From IMG/VR virus record IMGVR_UViG_3300048110_000147, positions 32,878 to 96,877 of that record: a stretch of DNA of 64,000 bases, one strand, 5' to 3'. The translations under genes and the position numbers were made by a program. Position 1 is the stretch's first letter; each line of letters begins with the position of its first letter. The notes under the pieces are model-generated. The model was not told the origin of the DNA and ran no database searches. It saw nothing but the letters and a program-made list of their open reading frames with translations. The DNA is from a virus. Below, piece by piece: positions 54,968-64,000 of the stretch.

Positions 54968-54993
54968 AAAAAAAGGGGACCGAAGTCCCCTTT
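54968..54993 (-). terminator. Rho-independent terminator with C(UUCG)G loop
   Basis: AAAGGGGAC-TTCG-GTCCCCTTT followed by T tract. Confidence 0.9.
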
Positions 54994-55015
54994 CATATCT
55001 TGGTCGAAACCTAGA

Positions 55016-57301
55016 TTAGTTTACAACTGTACCATTCACATCGTATACATCGATACGGTAGTGAGATGGAGCCTGTCCACCTAGTTCGTTTGCATCCGAT
55101 GAAGATGCAACGTGTAGAGATGATGCAGTTTCTGCTTCATCAATCTTAATCTCACCAGTAGTAGAGTTATAAGTGATACATAGACCACCAGATAGAGCTG
55201 TCTTAGTACGCTCTGGAGTCCAGTACTTATTAGTACTTCCTTCTGAGACGTTATCTGTATCCCATGCTAGGATTGCAGATGTAGATGACTCTAGAGAAGT
55301 CAATCGAGTACCGTGTCCAGCAACCGCACCTGTTAGAGTGCTGTCAGCAGATTGGAACTCAGCAACGATTTCTGCAAGAGAGTTTAGTGCAGTTGCGTCT
55401 GTGTTAGACAATACATTAGAAATCTGAGACTGTAGTCCAGCTTCCGCAGATGTCGCACGAGTTTCTTCAGCGTCAATCGAACTCTGTAGTGCGCTATCAG
55501 CAGAACTACGAGTAGATGCTTCTGCATCAATGTTTGCCTGTAGACCACTAACATCACCACCTGTAGAAGATGTCAATGCATCGATGTTAGACTGTAGAGT
55601 AGCCTCAGCACCTTCCGCACGTGACTTCTCAGTCGCAATTTCCGCAGAGTTAGCATTATCACCAGCGGTAATTGCAGCACCGTTGATGTTGATGTAGCCT
55701 AGAAGTTGTGAACCAAGGTTAGATCGAGTTGTTGCTTCTGCATCAATGTTTGCCTGTAGTGCAACATCACCAGCACCACGTGCAGACTCTTCAGCAGTTA
55801 GGTCCGCTTCGAGTGCAGTGATGTTGTTCTCAGCAGTAGTCAATCGACCACCGTTTGCCGTGATAACACCAGATAGGGATGCGTCAGCAGTTTCAAATGC
55901 AGATACAATCTCAACCAATGTGTCTAGAGACGCAGGGGAACCAGAAATAATAGTACTGACCTGATTCTGTAGACCAATGATGTCAGACTCTAAAGCAGCA
56001 TCAGCAGAACTACGTGCAGATGTTTCTGACACGATGTTCGCAGCGTTAACTGCTTCTGCACTTGCCGCACGTCCTGCTTCCGCATTAATCTGTGCTTGTA
56101 GACCAGATACGTCACCGGACTGAAGTACTTCAAGAGCGTCTATCTCTGCTTGTAGAGCTGCGTCAGCAGAACTACGTGTACTTGCTTCCGAACTAACGGC
56201 CGCAATTCGAGCAGCAACTTCTGCGTCATGATCAGTTTGACTTGCTTTGGTTCCAATGGATGTTGCTACTGTCGCAGAGAAGTTCGCGTCGTCACCAAGT
56301 GCCGCAGCTAGTTCGTTCAACGTATCCAATGCCGCAGGGGCAGCGTCTACAGTTGCCGCAACAACACCATCAACATATCCTTTGTTAGCAGCTTGTCCAA
56401 CGTCTGTCGGAGTATCAACTCTAACATCCGAACCACTTAGCATGACAATACCGTCTTGGAAGTCGAATGTTCCGCCAGGACCAGTAGCAGTTATTGAACC
56501 ACCAGATGCAATCTGAAGTTGATCTGTTGCCAAACGGCCACTTACTAGATCGGTCCACTCATAGTCTGTACCAGTCCACTTGACGAATTCGCCAGCATTA
56601 GCAGTAGAAATGTTTAAGTGTTGATCGACCTCTGTCTTAGTGGCATTACCGAAACCACTACCAGTGATTGTTGACGAACCGAAGTTTACTATAGAACCTT
56701 CGAAATCGACAGTTCCCGTTTGAACTTTTAGGTCATCTGCTTCAATGTGATCAATGAATCCACGAGCAGCATAAACATCATTAGCGTTCTTGATGTTGTT
56801 ACTATCCATGTCAAGTTCAGCAGTCATCTGAATATCAGTTGAACCTGAAGATGTGCTGATACCAGAAGTACGTGAGTTTGCAGCAGCAATTGCCGCAGCG
56901 TTTGCTGCTTCAGCTGTAGTAGCACGAGTTTCTTCAGCGGTAACTGACGCAGTTAATGTAGCAATGTCAGTTGGTGTTGCAACGCCGTTTGTTAGAGTAG
57001 TATTGATTGTTGCAATGTCAGATGCGTTCTGAGCAACAGAACCTGTTAGAGTGCTGTCCGCACCTTCGAATGCAGTTACGATTTCTTGCAATGTATCCAG
57101 AGTTTCTGGAGACGTACCTAGAATCGCGGTAACTTGCGACTGTAGGTCCGCGATGTCAGCAGCAGTTAAACTTGCTACCGCATCTTGGATGGCCCCTGCG
57201 ACAACCTTGCCGTCTGCGCCAATAACAGTAACGTCGTTGATTGATAGTTCTCCAACTATGTCAGCTCCGTTCTGAATTCTAAACTTTTTGTTAGTACTCA
57301 T
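55016..57301 (-). CDS. Coiled-coil fibre protein (fibritin/whisker position)
   Basis: Ala-rich heptads, repeated P..LDTL.E...A motifs; lies directly upstream of gp13 like T4 wac. Confidence 0.75.
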   Translation of the reverse strand: MSTNKKFRIQNGADIVGELSINDVTVIGADGKVVAGAIQDAVASLTAADIADLQSQVTAILGTSPETLDTLQEIVTAFEGADSTLTGSVAQNASDIATINTTLTNGVATPTDIATLTASVTAEETRATTAEAANAAAIAAANSRTSGISTSSGSTDIQMTAELDMDSNNIKNANDVYAARGFIDHIEADDLKVQTGTVDFEGSIVNFGSSTITGSGFGNATKTEVDQHLNISTANAGEFVKWTGTDYEWTDLVSGRLATDQLQIASGGSITATGPGGTFDFQDGIVMLSGSDVRVDTPTDVGQAANKGYVDGVVAATVDAAPAALDTLNELAAALGDDANFSATVATSIGTKASQTDHDAEVAARIAAVSSEASTRSSADAALQAEIDALEVLQSGDVSGLQAQINAEAGRAASAEAVNAANIVSETSARSSADAALESDIIGLQNQVSTIISGSPASLDTLVEIVSAFETADASLSGVITANGGRLTTAENNITALEADLTAEESARGAGDVALQANIDAEATTRSNLGSQLLGYININGAAITAGDNANSAEIATEKSRAEGAEATLQSNIDALTSSTGGDVSGLQANIDAEASTRSSADSALQSSIDAEETRATSAEAGLQSQISNVLSNTDATALNSLAEIVAEFQSADSTLTGAVAGHGTRLTSLESSTSAILAWDTDNVSEGSTNKYWTPERTKTALSGGLCITYNSTTGEIKIDEAETASSLHVASSSDANELGGQAPSHYRIDVYDVNGTVVN

Positions 57302-57334
57302 TAGTTTATACCTTTTAGAATATATTAGAGAAGT

Positions 57335-57357
57335 GGGGGTAGACTGATTCTACCCCC
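57335..57357. other. Intergenic hairpin between the fibre genes
   Basis: GGGGGTAGA-ctgat-TCTACCCCC, 9-bp stem, weak T tract. Confidence 0.55.
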
Positions 57358-57364
57358 GACGTTA

Positions 57365-60300
57365 TTATGCGTCGACGTATGTCGCAGATACAGATACTAC
57401 CGCACCAGCGTCTACAGCCGTGTAAGTCAATTCAACACTTGAACCGTTAACCTGTACGTCTGTGTCACCCAATAGTGAGGAACCAGTGTATAGGATACCA
57501 TATTCAGTAATGAACGCGTTTGTGCCGTTGTGTATAACTAGACATTCGCGAGTCTCGAACTCACCGTTCAATTCTGTAGTAACTACGTACTTAGCAGAAC
57601 GATAAGTTGTCTTATTGAATGCAGAAACTACTGTAGCAGAAGTTCCGGCAACAACATCATTACCCTGTTCGAATACCTTGATGTTATCCGCAAGAGTCTC
57701 CAGACCGACAGACTTAGGATCAAGTACACCAACTGAGTTAGTAGACTGAGCGATAACAACCGCTTGTGTACCAACTGGAAGTGCAGCGTTGAACGTGATA
57801 GTCTGGTTAGCAGCATCAATCGAGTAGTGAACCGATGGATCCTGAATAACACCACCAACGAATACGATCGCGTTCTGATCTTGCGTGTAGAAGTTCAGAG
57901 CGAAAGTAGACTGCGCACCGTCACCAGACATAGTCTGACGTTGTGCGTTGTTGAATGCCAACTGAGTTGGATCTTGTAGAGACATTCCGTCTAGAGTGTT
58001 ATTTACACGTAATACGTAACCGTTCTTACCGTCGTATGCTGTATCAGATACGTCTGCTAGTTCCAACATGGTCTTAGCAGTGTCGATTGAGAATACACCA
58101 GTTGATTGGTCGTATGACGCTTTACCAGCACCAGCGACATCTGTTAGAGATACTGAAGCGCGAGCAAGTGCATCGCTGAAGAACTTCTTAGTACCTTCTA
58201 CTAGATCGTCTGTAGAGAACTGTGAGATATGCTGTGCAGCAAGACCCGCATCCATCTGACCTTTGTTCACTGCATCAGCAGCGTCAGTACCAGTTGCAAC
58301 ACCGGAAACTTTGTTTCCACCCATTGCTAGGTCGCCAGTCATTGAATCGCCAGACCTCTGGACACGTCCATCAATCTGAGTTTGTAGTGCGGCATCAGCA
58401 GCAGCGAACTCACCACGGACTGCATTATCACCAGCGACTCGATCAGTAATTTCCTGAGCAAGACCTGAAGCGTTAGTTGCGATATCCGTCTGGTTCTGAG
58501 CAACTAGACCAGCAAGAGAACCGTCTGCGCTTTGGAAAGCGGCAACGATTTCTGTCAATGAATCTAGAGCGGCAGAGTCAGTGTTCGAAGTGATGAAATC
58601 GATTTGAGTCTGTAGTGAACCTTCAACACCTTGCGCACGACTTGCCTCATCTGAGATAGCAGTTGCGTTAGTGGTGATTAGTACACCTAGAGCAGCTTCA
58701 GCGTCCGACGCACGAGTTACTTCACCAGATAGGTTAGTTGTTAAAACACCTTCTGCGGCAGTTGCACGTACGACTTCAGCGTCGATTTGTGATTGTAGGT
58801 TGTTAACTTGTGAGTTACGAGTTGTATCAACCGCTTTGATTGCAGCGTCTAACTTCTTGTCTGCATCTGTTAGAGATGAAGATAGGTCAATGTAGTTAGT
58901 ACCACTTGGAGCAGCGTATGTTCCGTCTGCGTTGACACCAGCGGCAATCTGTGTTGCAGTCATCTCTGTCTCAAGTACAGTAGTACGTGAGTCTAGAGCG
59001 TTATCAGCATTTGCACGAGTAGTTGCTTCAGTAGTGATCTTACCGTCTAGTACGTTATCTGCGTTTTCACGTAGAGTTGCTTCGTTAGCAACGATACCGT
59101 CTGCGTAAAGTTTTGCTGCAGCTTCTGCGTCATCTGCTTCGTTTTCTGCGTAAGTTTGTGCAGATGCAAGAACAACTGCGTCACGTGCGATGTAGTCTGC
59201 TTGATCTGTGTTACGATCAGCAGCTAGATCAATACGGATCTGACTGTCAGCAGCGATGCGGTCAGCAATTTCAGAAACAAGTGCGTCTGAATCTGCATCT
59301 GCACGAGCAACAGCAGCCGCAAGACCAGATGTATTAGTATCTGTCTCACCGTGTACTTCGTTGATTGCACCAACTAGAGTTTGAGCAACTGTGTCTAGAA
59401 CTTCTGAAGAAGAACCGATCTTAGCTTCTAGAGAATCGATGTCTGATTCGTTAACTGTTAGACGACCACCTTGTAGAGCCTGTTCAGTTTCTAGTGCACC
59501 AGCACGAGTTTCTAGAGAAGTCGCACGACCTTCGACAGCGTCCATTTCAACTTCTAGAGTACCAACACGACCTGTGTTAGAATCTGCTTGACCGTGTAAT
59601 TCGTTTACGGCTGCAGTTACGTCTGTAGCAACTGTTAGAAGAGTTGAAGTACCCATCTGAGTCTGTAGTGTATCTACGTGACCTTCTTCTGTAGTCATTC
59701 GTGACTCTAGGGAAGTTGCACGTCCTTCTACTGTATCCATTTCAGATTGTAGAGTATCGACATTGGCTTCTTCTGTAGTAACACGAGCTTCTAGAGAAGT
59801 TAGATCAGCAGCTTCGCCATCGATCTCTGAGTGCAGTTCGTTGATTGCAGCAGAGATGTTAGTAGCGACAGTTGCCAACGTTGCAGAACCTTGCTTGGCT
59901 TGCAGTGCGTCAATTTCACTTTCGTTAACTGTTAGACGACCACCCTGTGCTGTTTGCTCAGTTTCGAGATCAGTAGCACGAGTCTCTAGTGCAGTTGCAC
60001 GTCCTTCTACTGCGTCCATTTCAGACTGTAGAGTATCAACATGTCCTGCTTCGACATCTAGTTCAGAGTGTAGTTCGTTGATTGCAGCAGTAGTAGTTCC
60101 AGCTACAGTTTGTAGAAGTGTAGAACCAACTTTCGCTTCTAGTGAATCAATGTCTGATTCATTTACTGATAGACGACCGTCTTGTTCTACGTCTTTTGCT
60201 TCAGTAGAAGTTGAGCGACTTTCTAGTGCAGTTGCACGAGCTTCAACGTCAGTTGCACGTACTTCTAGTGCATCGATGTCTGTTTCAGCAGTAGTCAATC

Positions 60301-63280
60301 GACCAGAGTTTGAATCAATGATACCCTGAATGTCTGAGTCCGCATCTTCAAACGCAGCTACGATTTCTTGTAGAGTGTCTAGAGTCTGTGGAGATGTACC
60401 GATGATTGCATCGACTCGACCTGTTACGGTGTCAACGTCTGTGCGGATTCCACCTTCAATACCAGTGGCACGAACGATTTCCGCATCCAACTGTGATTGT
60501 AGGTCTGTAACGTCACCAGCTTGTAGGTTTTGTAATGCAAGAATGTCAGAATCGTTTGAAGTGACTTGTGCTTGAACACTATCCACGTCAGTACGTAGAC
60601 CACCTTCAATACCAAGTGCACGGTTGCGTTCTGCAATAATCGCGTTTTCATTTACTAGTTCAGCAGCTGTTGCACGAATAACTTCAGCAGTGATTTGTGC
60701 TTGGTTGTCTGAGTGATCAGCAGCTTGCAATACTTGTAGAGCAAGAATGTCTGAATCATTTGCAGTGATTTGTGATTGGTTAGAATCAACGTCTGTACGT
60801 AGACCAGCTTCGACACCAGTTGCACGTGTAGTTTCTGCTGCAATTGCTGTTGCGTTTACTAGTTCTGCGGCAGTTGCACGTACGACTTCTGCGTCGATTG
60901 CGTCTTGTAGATCGTCAACATCACTACCTACTAGGTTCTGTAGAGCAAGGATGTCTGAGTCGTTACCAGTTACTTGAGTTTGTAGAGAATCTACAGAAGT
61001 CTGTAGACCTGCTTCAACACCACCGGCTCTTGCAGTTTCAGCAAGAATCTGTGCTTGTAGATCGGAATCTACTGCGTTGAAGTCGTCTTCTACTAAGTCC
61101 AAACGAGTGCTTAGAGCACCTTCAGCGGCAAGTGCACGAGTACGTTCTACTACGATGTTACCAGCGTTAGTTGAAACTCCTGAAGTGTTTGTGTTAGTGT
61201 CTGTACGTAGACCAGCTTCTACCGCTTCTGCACGTTGCTTTTCAGTAACGACTGCTGCTGCGTTAGTTGCTTCAACACCAGATGCACGTAGAATTTCTGC
61301 ATCCAATTGGTCTTGTAGGTCATCAACGTCGATTGTAGTGTTTGCATTCAATGCATCGATCTGACCTTGTAGGTTAGTATCGCCTGATGCACGAGCAACT
61401 TCTTCTGCACGTAGATCGGTTTCATTCTGTGAAGAAAGAACCTGAACTGCGTCCATCTCGCCTTCTAGTACAGTAGTACGTAGAGCGACTGCTTCTTCGG
61501 CAGCTTCAGCACGTGCTTTTTCAATTGCAACTTCTGCATCTGTGTAAGCAAATGATTGAGACTTAACAGTTTGGATGCGAGAAGTAACAGTGTTACCTAC
61601 AGTCCCGTCAACCGATGCGTCACCGATTAGAGCAGCGTCTTGCGCGTCAGCATGTGCCTGAGCAGCTGCTTGATGTGAATCTGCCTCTGCGTCTGTGTAT
61701 GCTTTTGCAGCTGCAAGAACGTCGTCTGTATCAACTTGTAGATCAACTACTAACTGATCAATCTGAGACTGTAGACCAGTGTCAGCGGTTGAACGAGTTG
61801 ATGCTTCAGTGTTGATGTTAGTTTGTAGAACACCTTCCGCTGTTTCTGCACGTAACTTCTCAGTTGAGATTGCAGTAGTGTTAGACGATACTAGTGCAGA
61901 GATGTCGCTGTCTGCGTCTTGGAACGCACCAACGATTTCTGTTAGTGAGTCTAGAGCAGCTGGATCAGTGTTGTTTGTGATGAAGTCAACTTGTGATTGT
62001 AGGTTTGCGTCACCAGCAATACGAGCAGCTTCTTCTGTATCGATGTTACCCTGTAGAGTAGTATCACCCGCAGCACGGTCAATAAGTTCTTGATCGATAC
62101 GTGCGTTGATGTCTGAGTCTTCAGCGATTCGTGCAGAGTTTTCGATTGCTACAGAGTTGCTTGCTTCGATGATTGCTTCTGCTTTTGCAGTTGCGATGCG
62201 ATCAGTAACAGTATTACTAGTAGTACCGTCTACAGTTGCATCTCCAACAAGAAGATCATCATGTGCCTTTGCAGATGCTAGAGTAGCAGCGTCACCGGCA
62301 ATAATATCTGCACCTAGATCGGTACGGACTTGTGTGTCAGCAACAGCACGTGCAAGAATTTCATCTGTGATGTTCTGCGCGTTTGCAGCTTCTGCACCAG
62401 TAGCACGAGTAATTTCAGAGTCTAAACGACCTTCGATTCGTACTTCTTCATTAGTTGCACGAGTAACTTCAGCAGTAATCTGATTCTGTAGAGAAGTCGA
62501 TAGACCTTCTTCAGTAGAGATTCGAGCAGCAAGTGCCGATTCTGCTTGTGTTGCACGAGTCGTTTCTTGACCAATCTGTACAGCAAGTGCTGATTCCGCA
62601 GATTGTGCACGTGCAATTTCTACACTTACACGGTCATTGATTTCTGTTTCTTTATTGACTGCGCGAGTTACTTCATTGCTGATTGCTGAAGAGTTTGCAA
62701 TGATTGAAGCGGATAATGCGTCATCAGCATCTTGGAATGCTTCAATGATTTCTGCGAACGAGTCTAATGCAGCTGAATCAGTGTTGTTTAGTAGTAAATC
62801 AATACGACCAGACAATACACTATCAGCAGACTGATAGGCTACTTCGATAGAATCTTCACGTGCCTTTGCACGTACTTCTTCTGCATCAATGTTTGCTTGC
62901 AATGCAACGTCTGCCAAACCACGTGTAGAGGCTTCAGCGTCAATGTTAGATTGTAATAGTGTTTCTGCTACTGTCGCACGATTAGTTTCTACTGCTACCG
63001 CACTTGCGATATCAGCTGCAACAGCAGTCTTAGCTCTTTCAGGTGTGAAATATTGGTTAGCCCCTTCTTGCAAGTCGTCCGTAGAGAACGATGCGAAGAA
63101 CGCGTCTGCACCAATCTTCTTTAATGAGTCTGTACCGACATCATATAGAAGGGTGAAACACGATGATGGATCTACCATACCTGTAAGGGTTGATTGTCCC
63201 TGTACCGCACTTTCGTCAAGCTTGGTATTGATTACCGCCTTGTCCGCTAGAGCAGGGGATTTAATCTGCCTAAATGCCAT
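57365..63280 (-). CDS. Giant segmented coiled-coil fibre/virion protein (1971 aa)
   Basis: E..RA..AE..L heptad repeats, four LDS/T..EI..AF..AD knuckles, four TVA....A(I/V)NE(L/V)H motifs, C-terminal beta domains (YRSAKY...EYG). Confidence 0.8.
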   Translation of the reverse strand: MAFRQIKSPALADKAVINTKLDESAVQGQSTLTGMVDPSSCFTLLYDVGTDSLKKIGADAFFASFSTDDLQEGANQYFTPERAKTAVAADIASAVAVETNRATVAETLLQSNIDAEASTRGLADVALQANIDAEEVRAKAREDSIEVAYQSADSVLSGRIDLLLNNTDSAALDSFAEIIEAFQDADDALSASIIANSSAISNEVTRAVNKETEINDRVSVEIARAQSAESALAVQIGQETTRATQAESALAARISTEEGLSTSLQNQITAEVTRATNEEVRIEGRLDSEITRATGAEAANAQNITDEILARAVADTQVRTDLGADIIAGDAATLASAKAHDDLLVGDATVDGTTSNTVTDRIATAKAEAIIEASNSVAIENSARIAEDSDINARIDQELIDRAAGDTTLQGNIDTEEAARIAGDANLQSQVDFITNNTDPAALDSLTEIVGAFQDADSDISALVSSNTTAISTEKLRAETAEGVLQTNINTEASTRSTADTGLQSQIDQLVVDLQVDTDDVLAAAKAYTDAEADSHQAAAQAHADAQDAALIGDASVDGTVGNTVTSRIQTVKSQSFAYTDAEVAIEKARAEAAEEAVALRTTVLEGEMDAVQVLSSQNETDLRAEEVARASGDTNLQGQIDALNANTTIDVDDLQDQLDAEILRASGVEATNAAAVVTEKQRAEAVEAGLRTDTNTNTSGVSTNAGNIVVERTRALAAEGALSTRLDLVEDDFNAVDSDLQAQILAETARAGGVEAGLQTSVDSLQTQVTGNDSDILALQNLVGSDVDDLQDAIDAEVVRATAAELVNATAIAAETTRATGVEAGLRTDVDSNQSQITANDSDILALQVLQAADHSDNQAQITAEVIRATAAELVNENAIIAERNRALGIEGGLRTDVDSVQAQVTSNDSDILALQNLQAGDVTDLQSQLDAEIVRATGIEGGIRTDVDTVTGRVDAIIGTSPQTLDTLQEIVAAFEDADSDIQGIIDSNSGRLTTAETDIDALEVRATDVEARATALESRSTSTEAKDVEQDGRLSVNESDIDSLEAKVGSTLLQTVAGTTTAAINELHSELDVEAGHVDTLQSEMDAVEGRATALETRATDLETEQTAQGGRLTVNESEIDALQAKQGSATLATVATNISAAINELHSEIDGEAADLTSLEARVTTEEANVDTLQSEMDTVEGRATSLESRMTTEEGHVDTLQTQMGTSTLLTVATDVTAAVNELHGQADSNTGRVGTLEVEMDAVEGRATSLETRAGALETEQALQGGRLTVNESDIDSLEAKIGSSSEVLDTVAQTLVGAINEVHGETDTNTSGLAAAVARADADSDALVSEIADRIAADSQIRIDLAADRNTDQADYIARDAVVLASAQTYAENEADDAEAAAKLYADGIVANEATLRENADNVLDGKITTEATTRANADNALDSRTTVLETEMTATQIAAGVNADGTYAAPSGTNYIDLSSSLTDADKKLDAAIKAVDTTRNSQVNNLQSQIDAEVVRATAAEGVLTTNLSGEVTRASDAEAALGVLITTNATAISDEASRAQGVEGSLQTQIDFITSNTDSAALDSLTEIVAAFQSADGSLAGLVAQNQTDIATNASGLAQEITDRVAGDNAVRGEFAAADAALQTQIDGRVQRSGDSMTGDLAMGGNKVSGVATGTDAADAVNKGQMDAGLAAQHISQFSTDDLVEGTKKFFSDALARASVSLTDVAGAGKASYDQSTGVFSIDTAKTMLELADVSDTAYDGKNGYVLRVNNTLDGMSLQDPTQLAFNNAQRQTMSGDGAQSTFALNFYTQDQNAIVFVGGVIQDPSVHYSIDAANQTITFNAALPVGTQAVVIAQSTNSVGVLDPKSVGLETLADNIKVFEQGNDVVAGTSATVVSAFNKTTYRSAKYVVTTELNGEFETRECLVIHNGTNAFITEYGILYTGSSLLGDTDVQVNGSSVELTYTAVDAGAVVSVSATYVDA

Positions 63281-63352
63281 TAGGTTATCTCCTAGGTTGT
63301 GTTTTATGAGGTTGTTTTAGAATTGTAATATAATTAAACGTTTAATAATATA

Positions 63353-63712
63353 CTAACGAAATTTGATATAGATGTCCGTTCCGGCTGGAGGGATTTCAAA
63401 GAATTGTATAGTATTGCCAATGGTTTCATAAATCTCTTCAGGATGCTGAAGAACATCATTTACCCATACATCAATCAAGTCATCGCGAGTCGGTATACCA
63501 TTTAACTCGAATAGTGCAGTGTCGCCCACAGCAGTGATCGATTGTGCTTCAGGAATCACTGTACGGTCATTGGTTGATGATGAGGTACCTTCAATATAAT
63601 CAAACAAATTTGTCTCTTGTCCAGGCGTGACAGATACTTCATCTTGCTTTTGTTTAGCCAAGTTGAATAAACTTTCTGCGAGAACCCTATTAAAAGATTT
63701 GTTGTTGATCAT
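63353..63712 (-). CDS. Small virion-associated beta-domain protein
   Basis: G....F.L...V.VN.VLQ.P...Y....I.F...P..G domain also seen near the C-terminus of the 1971-aa fibre. Confidence 0.65.
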   Translation of the reverse strand: MINNKSFNRVLAESLFNLAKQKQDEVSVTPGQETNLFDYIEGTSSSTNDRTVIPEAQSITAVGDTALFELNGIPTRDDLIDVWVNDVLQHPEEIYETIGNTIQFFEIPPAGTDIYIKFR

Positions 63713-63748
63713 ATTGATGTAATACTAAGGATGGTTAATATACCCTTT

Positions 63749-63756
63749 TATTTATA
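63749..63756 (-). promoter_or_regulatory. Late promoter
   Basis: TATAAATA upstream of 63712. Confidence 0.75.
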
Positions 63757-63787
63757 CATGAAATGTTCTTTGCTTTGAAGATTTATT

Positions 63788-64000
63788 TTACTGTCTGAAC
63801 TGTAATAACTGTTGCAATAATTCGGTAACATCTTGTAGATCACTGTCTAGAGAATCTAATCTAGAATTCAGTGTATCTATTTCAACTTGAGTAGCAACAT
63901 TACTGCCGTTCAGTGTATAAGGACCGGAGAGTTGAACTCCAGATTGGTCCATAACAAGTATATCATCATTTTGGTGTTGTATTTTAAACTGACTATCATT
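63788..64000 (-). CDS. 3' end of a gene entering from the right edge (coiled-coil C-terminus)
   Basis: Open frame NDSQFKIQHQ...LNSRLDSLDSDLQDVTELLQQLLQFRQ*. Confidence 0.7.
   Translation of the reverse strand, partial: NDSQFKIQHQNDDILVMDQSGVQLSGPYTLNGSNVATQVEIDTLNSRLDSLDSDLQDVTELLQQLLQFRQ

Noticed and set aside
57365-63280. Tape-measure protein or diversity-generating retroelement target
   Set aside because: Knuckle repeats and C-terminal beta domains fit a fibre; no reverse transcriptase or adenine-variable repeat pair seen.

Overview
A 64-kb piece of a T4-like (gp55/TATAAATA-type) myovirus genome, most likely a marine phage of a heterotrophic proteobacterium: no photosynthesis genes, a mitochondrial-type AOX, IscU, a di-haem cytochrome c peroxidase and a gammaproteobacteria-like tRNA-Asp. 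Essentially all genes are on the minus strand. In transcription order (right to left): two giant coiled-coil fibre genes; neck/terminase/sheath/tube/portal/prohead/capsid genes (gp13-14-15-16-17-18-19-20-67-68-21-22-23, gp3); uvsY-uvsW; gp55-47-46-45; an AOX/tRNA-Thr insert; gp44-62-regA; hsp20; oxygenase and glycosyltransferase genes; gp43; an AEP-type primase; UDP-sugar epimerase and dehydrogenase; uvsX, gp41; then an accessory region with 10 more CCA-ended tRNAs, small ORFs and a strongly structured 186-nt non-coding element; and finally a late cluster of genes whose products start with T4 capsid-targeting-like peptides (M-K-x-F-x-x-F-x-x-E). Most notable: (1) the capsid-targeted set includes a KxDG ligase-superfamily enzyme, an HxGH nucleotidyltransferase polyprotein and a P-loop kinase, suggesting a virion-injected nucleic-acid/tRNA repair or anti-defence kit; (2) the multi-branched ncRNA beside tRNA-Ala; (3) uronic-acid sugar-nucleotide genes at the position of T4's DNA-modification genes; (4) apparently leaderless mRNAs for the DNA polymerase and primase; (5) a lone perfect sigma70 promoter on the otherwise non-coding plus strand next to uvsW. 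All functional calls come from motif recognition by eye; no database search was run.
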